Assembly (NCBI RefSeq): GCF_006345805.1 | Contig: NW_021829297.1 | Location: 1 to 6,582 of the forward strand | Source of the DNA: Octopus sinensis | Lineage: Eukaryota | Length of the DNA stretch: 6,582 bases | Reading direction: 5' to 3' | Part shown: one piece after another, positions 1 to 6,261 of the stretch | How positions within the stretch are numbered: position 1 is the first letter of the stretch | How the letters are laid out: the number at the start of each line of letters is the position of its first letter | Program-made: the position numbers and the translations under genes | Notes under the pieces: model-generated | Told to the model about the DNA's origin: nothing | The model's input: only the letters and a program-made list of their open reading frames with translations | Databases searched by the model: none

Positions 1-100
1 ATACATACATCATACATACATACATACAACATACATACATACATACGTACATACATACATACTACATGCACACACACATCTGTATATATATATAATTATT

Positions 101-136
<36 letters not shown>

Positions 137-310
137 ACACACATGTGTGCATGTGAGTATGTATGTATGTGTGCGTAAGTGTGCGCGTTTATGTACATCT
201 ATAATATATATACATATATGCATGTACATATATATATGCATATATATTGTATGTTGCATATATATATATATATATATATATGTGTATGTGTGATTGTGTG
301 GTGTGTATAT
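1..310. repeat. Compound microsatellite tract: (ATAC)n, (TA)n, (TG)n, (GTAT)n
   Basis: (ATAC)n at 1-62, then interrupted TA, CA and GT runs up to about 310, read directly. Confidence 0.95.
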
Positions 311-312
311 AT

Positions 313-803
313 TCTTTATTTCTTTATTCTTTTATTAGTTTCAGTCATTTGATTGCAGCCATGCTGGAGCAACACCTTTAGTCGAACAAATCGGCGCTAG
401 GACTTATTCTTTATAAGCTTAGTACTTCTTCTATCGGTCTCTTTTGCCAAACTGCCAAGTTACGGTTGTGAAGCGATAGTGGGGGCAAACACAGACACAC
501 AAACATACATACATATATACAAACATACATACATACATACATACATACATACACACACATACATACATACACACACCACACACATATATATATATATATA
601 ATATATATGCATATATATATACATATACACATACATATCTGTACGAAGGGCTTTGTCAGTTTCCGTTTACCAAATCCACTCACAAGGCTTTGTCGGTCCG
701 AGGCTATAGTACAAGACATTTGACCAAGGTGCCACGCAGTGGGACTGAATCCGGAACCATGTGGTTGGTTAGTAAGCTACTTACCATGTAGCCACTCCTG
801 CAC
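313..803 (-). mobile_element. tRNA-derived SINE, family A, near full length, with internal microsatellite
   Basis: Minus-strand head has an A-box-like TGGCTACATGGT (783-794) and a B-box-like GGATTCAGTCCC (741-752). The body matches copies at 5250-5370 and 6262-6561. An A-rich simple-repeat tail lies at 313-337 on the minus strand. Resembles an abundant octopus SINE as I recall it. Confidence 0.88.
489..638. repeat. (ACAT)n/(AT)n/(AC)n microsatellite inside SINE A
   Basis: Tandem ACAT, AC and AT units between the two halves of the SINE. Confidence 0.92.
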
Positions 804-810
804 CTTTAAA

Positions 811-862
811 CATATATATATATATGTGTGTGTGTTGCATACACACACACACGCACACAGAC
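811..862. repeat. (AT)n-(GT)n-(AC)n microsatellite
   Basis: Read directly. Confidence 0.85.
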
Positions 863-1039
863 ATAATTCTGCTTCTTGCTTTAAAAATAATCGGTTTTAC
901 TACAGATCTTCCCTCAACAGAACTTTATCTTTCCTAGTGAGGAAAGCCAAGGCATCAACGTTCAATCTCGTGGCTGTTTTTCGAATTAAGCATGAAGCCC
1001 ACCAATTTTCATAGGTTAGTCTCCCTCACAAGGTCCAGT

Positions 1040-1555
1040 CTTTGTTGCAATGTGGTGGCTTGTCTGACTTACTGACCCTCAGAGCTATGCAAGTGGGACT
1101 CAAGCTCCTGGTTGGGCCTTCCATGCTAGGCAGAGCAAAGGACAGACGCCAGACTAATATGGACAACCTCTTCCCAGAAGTAAAATTGGATTTGCATAGA
1201 GCCAACACCTCTACTTAGAAAAAAAATCAAAGTTACAGAAGTATTGATGACAATTCAAAACCAAACCATATCTGGGAGAGAAGAGGAAGGCCTTTCTTCA
1301 GGGAAACACATGACGTGATGCAACAAAATCTGAAAATACATCCTGCGTTAAATGCCAGGACCTGACCTGGAACCCGCAAGGGAGGCAGAAGAGAGGACAC
1401 ACTAAATATAGCTGGGAGGTGGGATACTGAAGCAGAACTAATAAAAGAAGGAATCGAACTGGAGAGGAGCAGAAAAGACGGCCCAAATCAAGAACTGTGG
1501 AGGGAAGTTATCGATGGGCTATACTCCGTAGGGAGCGAAGGACTTAAGAATAAGA
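1040..1555 (+). mobile_element. Short RTE-clade LINE derivative: 5'UTR-like segment fused to a degraded ORF C-terminus and 3' tail
   Basis: 1359-1397 translates to DLTWNPQGRQKRG (RTE C-terminal motif ALTWNPQGKRKRGRP). After a frameshift it reads WDTEAEL...LWREVIDGLYSVGSEGLK, followed by a TAAG-like tail at about 1545-1554. 1040-1250 resembles RTE/Expander 5'UTRs as I recall them (gaccctcagagctatg...gctcctgg...ccagactaa). Confidence 0.72.
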
Positions 1556-1572
1556 AAAATTGCTCTGTTTAA

Positions 1573-2090
1573 TTATAATAATAATAATAATAATGAAATT
1601 ATTGTATACAGTGCTCAGGTGCACCACAACTTGTCAAAAGTGCGTATAAAGCATATGTAGTAATGTACAAATGTCTGCGAAGTGAACAGTGTATAAGTCA
1701 GATACATACCTGCGTGTGTATGGAAGGGAGAAAATCAGGTGTAGTTGGCAAATCTCAGGAAACATGGAAGTTTTGAAGGATGCAGTGCTCCGACAATTAA
1801 CAACTGATGCCGGCAGTTTATTCCATGCTTCAGCAACTCTTAGCGTGAAAAAATGTTTCCGAAAGTCATGGGAGCTGTGCTGTTTTCTGACTTTGTAAAC
1901 ATGTCCACGGGTGTTAGACAGGCGGAGTTTGAAAAGGTGCTCAGAGTTATTGTTTGTAAGATGGTTAATAATTTTATGGGTGTCTGCCAAGTCAGCTGCC
2001 AGACTTCGGAGTTTCAATGTATCCATGCCCAGGGAAGTAAGGCGTTCAGAATATGGCAAATGCCTGATGGAGGGTATTCTCTTGTTCAAA
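1573..2090 (-). mobile_element. 5'-truncated CR1-like LINE 3' end
   Basis: ORF2 C-terminal homology (next feature), then a 3'UTR with a small palindrome GGTGCACC (1618-1625) and a (TTA)6 tail on the minus strand (1576-1593). Confidence 0.85.
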
Positions 2091-2098
2091 AGCACCAC
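1634..2098 (-). pseudogene. C-terminal fragment of CR1/L2-group LINE ORF2 (downstream of the RT domain)
   Basis: Motifs KRIP..RHLPYSERL..LGMDTL.LR...DL...KI, TRGH.YK, RKHFFTLRV..AWNKLP..VV and SFK are typical of the CR1-group ORF2 end. Homology runs from about 2087 to 1763. The last ~40 aa are probably 3'UTR read-through. No endonuclease or RT catalytic core is present. Confidence 0.85.
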
Positions 2099-2236
2099 AT
2101 AAAATGTAATGTTCGTTGCATAACATTAGTAGCATGATATTAACATACTTTTACATCTTTTGTGTTTTATATCAAACATACAAGCCACGAATTTGTCACC
2201 AAGGAAATCGTTTTCCTAAACAGGAGGCGACACTAG

Positions 2237-2263
2237 TTTTTTTTTCTTTTCTTTTTTTTTTTT
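2237..2263. repeat. Poly-T tract (poly-A on the minus strand)
   Basis: T-run interrupted by two Cs. Confidence 0.85.
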
Positions 2264-2484
2264 GACAGACTCACCGATCGCATGAACCACTTTTCTACTG
2301 TGTATAAATTTTTCTCTGTAGAGTTTAGCGAACGAGGAAATATAATTCCACTGGGCCTACCATTTTTGATTAAGAATAATCTCGATGATGGTCTCTGAAG
2401 CATTTGTTTCGACGGTCAACAACATGTGTTCGTCTACTTCAGCCTTGACAGACTTCATAATAACTATTTTTAAGACATTGATTA

Positions 2485-2714
2485 CCTATTTCTTTATTAC
2501 CCACAAGGGGCTAAACATAGAGGGGACAAACAAGGACAGACATAGGTATTAAGTCGATTACATCGACCCCAGTGCGTAACTGGTACTTAATTTATCGACT
2601 CCGAAAGGATGAAAGGCAAAGTCGACCTCGGCGGAATTTGAACTCAGAACGTAGCGGCAGACGAAATACCGCTCAGCATTTCGTCCGGCGCGCTAACGTT
2701 TCTGCCAGCTCGCC
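2485..2714 (-). mobile_element. tRNA-derived SINE, family B, full length, with long target-site duplication
   Basis: A-box-like TGGCAGAAACG (2697-2707) and B box GTTCAAATTCC (2633-2643) on the minus strand. Hairpin GACGAAAT/ATTTCGTC (2660-2667/2678-2685) lies between the boxes. Flanking direct repeat ATTTTTAAGACATTGATTACC at 2466-2486 and 2749-2769. Confidence 0.88.
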
Positions 2715-2716
2715 TT

Positions 2717-2760
2717 TTTTTAAGACATTTTTAAGACATTTTTAAGACATTTTTAAGACA
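2717..2760. repeat. 4 x 11-bp tandem repeat (TTTTTAAGACA) at the SINE B 5' junction
   Basis: Four consecutive units, identical to part of the TSD. Confidence 0.92.
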
Positions 2761-3096
2761 TTGATTACCGTTCCAGCCTCCTCCTAGAACGGAAACTGAG
2801 CATTAATTAGAGGTTTTTATCCTTTCATAGAAGCAAAGAACGCACGAAGAATAATAAGCGAACAAACATGTCATACGAGATAAGGATCAGTCAGAAAGTG
2901 CAGGCATTTCTCTAAGTGGAGTTAAACGTGAGGGGTCAGAATGCAGTTTTGTTATGGCTAATTTGATAGCTTAGAATACAGAGAAATTCAGTAGAAAAAT
3001 TTACATTTACCATTATTCAATGTCGTGTTTGATTAACGAGCGATTTTGGAGAATTAAGAGGAAATTTTGCTTCTCTCTCTTTGGTCTTATCACTTA

Positions 3097-3861
3097 CTAG
3101 CAGTATAGCCCGGCGTTGCTCGGGTTCGTTTCGACCCTTTAGAATTGGAATTTTTGACAAGTAAAATTTTTGCATTATGTGGCTTGTTATTCTCTTTAAG
3201 TGAACATTTTTCTGGTTGAAATACACCGAAAAATGGCGACACAGCAGTAAAAAAAATCGTAAAAAAAATAGGGATTTTCATAGATAAAACCCCACCTTTT
3301 TCATGTAAATAATTTTTGGTGTTAACATGGGCCAATTTGAATTTTTTCTTCTACGGAATGAAGAGCAAGCCTTCTTTATCGTACTCTCAATTTTGGTCTA
3401 CTTGCGCCGCAGGGTCTCGGAGGAGATAGTGTTAGTTAAAGGCTACCAAACCTGCCATACACAGACAACTTCAGCTTTACGACGACGGTTACGACGACGA
3501 GGGTTCCGGTTGATCCGAATCAACGGAACAGCCTGCTCGTGAAATTAACGTGTAAGTGGCTGAGCACTCCACAGACACGTGCACCCTTAACGTAGTTCTC
3601 GGGGATATTCAGCGTGACACAGAGAGTGACAAGGCCGGCCCTTTGAAATACAGGTACAACAGAAACAGGAAGTAAGAGTGAGAGAAAGTTGTGGTGAAAG
3701 AGTACAGCAGGGATCACCACCATCCCCTGCCGGAGCCTCGTGGAGCTTTAGGTGTTTTCGCTCAATAAACACTCACAACGCCCGGTCTGGGAATCGAAAC
3801 CGCGATCCTATGACCGCGAGTTCGCTGCCCTAACCACTGGGCCATTGCGCCTCCAGAGAGA
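3097..3861 (-). mobile_element. Non-autonomous Helitron, interrupted near its 5' end by SINE C
   Basis: Minus strand: A|TC 5' start at 3861-3860. The 3' hairpin CCCGA-GCAACG-CCGGG (3124-3109) lies 8 nt before terminal CTAG (3100-3097), followed by T (3096). Insertion is between A and T with no TSD. These are Helitron hallmarks. The 3' end is stronger evidence than the 5' end. Confidence 0.7.
3477..3855 (-). mobile_element. tRNA-derived SINE, family C (tRNA-Arg-like head), near full length
   Basis: Minus-strand head GGAGGCGCAATGGCCCAGTGGTTAGG with A box (3833-3844) and B box GGTTTCGATTCCC (3789-3801). TCG sits at the anticodon-like position. The 3' tail matches the fragment at 6194-6256. The terminal 12 bp are duplicated (TTACGACGACG at 3477-3487 and 3489-3499). 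Confidence 0.88.
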
Positions 3862-4209
3862 TTATGATGGCATCTAAATAAGCTAAATCGTTTTTTTATT
3901 ATTTTTCTTCACACTAATTCGTTGGAAATATATGCAATACCTTCTGAAAGAACGAAACTAAACGACTACACTGAAGCAATTGACCTTCTGCCTCGAAAAC
4001 CGTAAATACTTTACCGTCGGAATGTAACGAGAAACACTGGCACACCCTACTGTAAGTTGATGGCCCGTGAATGTTGTTTTATGATGATATTTTGTTAATC
4101 AAGTAATATTAGTCAAGCAACAAGTAAGTGTATGTAATTCGTTAAAACTCATAAAAGATAGTTTCCCAGTAGTCAACTACTAACCTATTTTTGATGCTAT
4201 CGTTAAACT

Positions 4210-4247
4210 TATATATATATATATAATATATATAATATATATATATA
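4210..4247. repeat. (AT)n microsatellite
   Basis: Read directly. Confidence 0.9.
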
Positions 4248-4284
4248 GACACTTGTGCCTTACCTACCTGAACGACATACTTAC

Positions 4285-4285
<1 letters not shown>

Positions 4286-4315
<30 letters not shown>

Positions 4316-4368
4316 TGTATGTATATGTATGTATGTATGTATGTATGTTTGTATTTATTACGTACACA

Positions 4369-4404
<36 letters not shown>
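4286..4404. repeat. (GTAT)n (4286-4348) followed by (CA)n (4364-4404)
   Basis: Read directly. Confidence 0.92.
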
Positions 4405-4407
<3 letters not shown>

Positions 4408-4563
4408 GGCCGGCCCTAGGGTTGCTGGCGTCACAGGCATGCTAAACTTCGGCGTGTACAAGCTCACGGTCGTGGAAATTTCCTCGTCTATGTCGCGCCC
4501 TCCTTGGCACTTCCTAGCACAAGGCGCCTCGGGTGACTGCCCGAGTTGCCGGGTACCTTAGAC
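4405..4563 (+). mobile_element. hAT-like MITE unit 1 (159 bp, lacking the last 8 bp)
   Basis: Starts GAGGGCCGGCCCTAGG. It differs from unit 2 at 12 of 159 positions by manual count. CAGGGCCGG-type ends resemble hAT-Tip100 (MER45-like) elements. Confidence 0.75.
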
Positions 4564-4730
4564 CAGAACCGGCCCTAGGGTTGCTGGCGACCCAGGCAAG
4601 CTAAACTTCGGCGTGTACAAGCTCACGGTCGTGGAAATTTCCTTGTCTATGTCGCGCCCTCCTTGGCACCCCCTAGCATAAGGCGCCTCGGGCGACTGCC
4701 CGAGTTGCCGGGTACCTTAGGCCAATTCTG
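4564..4730 (+). mobile_element. hAT-like MITE unit 2 (167 bp), head-to-tail with unit 1
   Basis: Imperfect TIR CAGAACCGGC (4564-4573) / GCCAATTCTG (4721-4730), 8/10. The dimer is flanked by cacacaca (4397-4404) and aacacaca (4731-4738), consistent with insertion into a CA repeat. Confidence 0.75.
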
Positions 4731-4731
4731 A

Positions 4732-4752
4732 ACACACACACACACACACACA

Positions 4753-4795
<43 letters not shown>
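4732..4795. repeat. (CA)n microsatellite
   Basis: Read directly. Confidence 0.93.
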
Positions 4796-4797
<2 letters not shown>

Positions 4798-4874
4798 ATT
4801 GATGAGGGAAACGGAAAATGGATTTGGTACGAATCGCTATTCAATACAACAATGGTTTCGATCCATCCTGAAGC

Positions 4875-5041
4875 CACAGCAGGCCCTAGGGTTGCTGGCG
4901 CTCCGGGCAAGCTGAGCTTCGGCACCCTTACAAGTATAATTTTTTAAAACTTTCACAAAGAGAAAAGCCGAAAATGTAGGCTAAAAAGTACATGGCACCC
5001 CGGGTGGCCGCCCGAGTTGCCGGTACCTTGAGCCGGCCCTG
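4875..5041 (+). mobile_element. hAT-like MITE unit 3 (167 bp) with 8-bp TSD
   Basis: TIR CACAGCAGGC (4875-4884) / GCCGGCCCTG (5032-5041), 7/10. 8-bp TSD CCTGAAGC (4867-4874) / CCTGCAGC (5042-5049), 7/8. An 8-bp TSD is diagnostic of hAT. Both ends are homologous to units 1 and 2. Confidence 0.85.
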
Positions 5042-5249
5042 CCTGCAGCTGTCTCTTACGAGTTTGTGCATCTAGTTGTGTTGCATCAACCAGTGCAGAC
5101 TGTGTTACCTCAGTTGTTTGGTGGTAAAAGATATCCTACTACATAGACCGAGTTCCTCTTCGTATGTTGCACTCGTTCGTAGTATGTGGGTAGCCCAAAC
5201 GGCGAATGTGCTTTTAATTAGCATACCAGTGGACATATACCCAAAGATC

Positions 5250-5370
5250 AAGTTTGCTTCCCAACCACATAGTTCCGGGTTCAGTCCCACTGCGTGGCAC
5301 CTTGGGCAAGTGCCTTCTACTATAGCCTCGGGCCGATTAAAACCTTGTGAGTGTATTTGGTAGACGGAAA
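5250..5370 (+). mobile_element. SINE family A fragment, truncated at both ends
   Basis: B box GGTTCAGTCCC (5278-5288), no A box. 5278-5370 matches the reverse complement of 6423-6515 at 87/93 positions. Confidence 0.88.
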
Positions 5371-5504
5371 ATAATGTTTATTTTTGTATACTTCCACTTT
5401 ATTTATATTTGAAAAGTTTTCTCTTTTTTAATTGCAAAATCTTTGATCAGTCCCTCATTATGACACTATGAACACTTCGAAATTAAATCTCCGATCATAT
5501 AAAC

Positions 5505-5712
5505 CACTTGGAATACTACGGAGATGTACTTGCATAGTGAGTGACTTGATCTGAGATCGTGTGCTGGAACGAAACCAATTGCAGCGTGGAAGGTGTTTAT
5601 AAGCCAATTAAGAAACACACAAAACCGTTAGATTCACTTCAACATTTAAATTTAATTTGTCAAAATATTTTCGTCGCTTTGAGACCGCGACTTGTTCACT
5701 GACAAATCAAAC
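5505..5712 (-). mobile_element. Possible Penelope-like element terminal-repeat fragment
   Basis: Inferred from the minimal hammerhead architecture known from Penelope-like terminal repeats. The flanking segment looks to me like interspersed repeat. Boundaries are uncertain and there is no coding evidence. Confidence 0.35.
5650..5712 (-). ncRNA. Candidate minimal type I hammerhead ribozyme with G3:C8 covariant core
   Basis: Minus strand: stem I AUUUGUCA (5707-5700) / UGACAAAU (5662-5655), extendable to 13 bp with two G-U pairs. Core GUGAACA (5699-5693), one extra A, stem II GUCGC/GCGAC with a 9-nt loop, GAA (5672-5670), palindrome AAUAUU (5669-5664), H17=U (5663). Confidence 0.6.
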
Positions 5713-6193
5713 GGTTCTGAAGTGATATATTCAGAACTGTCAACGTGACCCTTTAGTGAAGCTCGGTGATTGGATAAGTATAAAGCATTTTAACAAGGTA
5801 GATATGCAAGCAAGTGTTGTCACAGGAAAAAGACAAATTCACCAGTTCTTTTGAGGAACTACAGACTTTTAAAACATGCTAACTTTCTTATACACTTCAA
5901 ACAAGTTGCGCACTGGAGATTTGCTCTATGTTGCAGAAAATACCTGCAGAAATATCTTTGACTCTGATAAGGCGTAGTTACCCAAGATCAAAAGCAACCA
6001 TTTCAGAAGTCTGATTTTAGAAATTGTTCTGTAGCCAATTCGATGGAGGCTACTGAACAGTTTTTTTTTTTTTGGTTAATGACCAGAATCATAAGACTGA
6101 CATTCAGTCGTGGTAATTTCCAAAGCATGGACCTGGTCAACGGCTCAAGACAAAGCTACAGTTTTGTTTTCCTATTATCTGGGTCCGTACAAT

Positions 6194-6256
6194 TGGTACT
6201 CCGTCGGTTATGACGATGAGGGTTCCAGTTGACTGTGAAATTAACGTGAAATTAAC
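6194..6256 (-). mobile_element. 3'-tail fragment of SINE family C with a tandem 11-bp repeat
   Basis: ggttatgacgatgagggttccagttga matches 3487-3513. GTGAAATTAAC at 6235-6245 and 6246-6256 matches 3540-3550. The intervening family C sequence is missing. Confidence 0.75.
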
Positions 6257-6261
6257 TTGAA

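Noticed and set aside
62-719. ORFs 62..259 and 411..719 (-)
   Set aside because: These are translations of dinucleotide and tetranucleotide repeats and SINE sequence, which lack stops by composition.
1050-1165. HDV-like ribozyme in the RTE 5'UTR-like segment
   Set aside because: Such ribozymes occur in some RTE 5' ends, but I could not build a consistent P1/P1.1/P2/P3/P4 fold by hand. A covariance-model search would be needed.
739-1486. ORFs 739..1014, 1026..1208 and 1298..1486
   Set aside because: They start in a SINE head or lie antisense to the RTE fragment, with no recognisable product.
1689-2137. Plus-strand ORFs 1689..1898, 1853..2137 and 1911..2102
   Set aside because: They are antisense shadows of the CR1-like coding fragment.
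2255-2275. Host-gene splice sites (plus-strand polypyrimidine-ACAG; minus-strand GTGAGT)
   Set aside because: The adjacent frames close quickly and no partner site or homology was found, so an exon cannot be supported without RNA-seq.
2717-2760. CRISPR-like array (also considered for 4405-4730)
   Set aside because: The repeats are directly adjacent with no unique spacers, and the context is eukaryotic.
3017-3772. ORFs within the Helitron and SINE C
   Set aside because: There are no Rep/helicase or other recognisable motifs, and they cross element boundaries.
2485-3855. True tRNA genes at the SINE heads
   Set aside because: A and B boxes are present, but there is no acceptor stem closing a cloverleaf and the heads continue into SINE bodies.
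4253-4925. ORFs 4253..4561, 4264..4467 and 4647..4925
   Set aside because: They run through microsatellites and GC-rich MITEs (YVCM, HT and CV repeats) with no protein signal.
4801-5146. 56-codon open frame restored by removing MITE unit 3 and one TSD (DEGNGKWIWYES...KRYPTT*)
   Set aside because: It is short enough to occur by chance, I recognise no homology, and there are no clear splice sites. A BLASTX/RNA-seq check would settle it.
5076-5363. ORFs 5076..5363 (+) and 5105..5290 (-)
   Set aside because: Both overlap the SINE A fragment. The MGLNP start is SINE-derived and is also seen at 739.
5660-5700. SECIS-like element (GUGA...AAA...GA on the minus strand)
   Set aside because: The helix is only 5 bp rather than about 11-12 bp, there is no selenoprotein context, and the hammerhead topology fits better.
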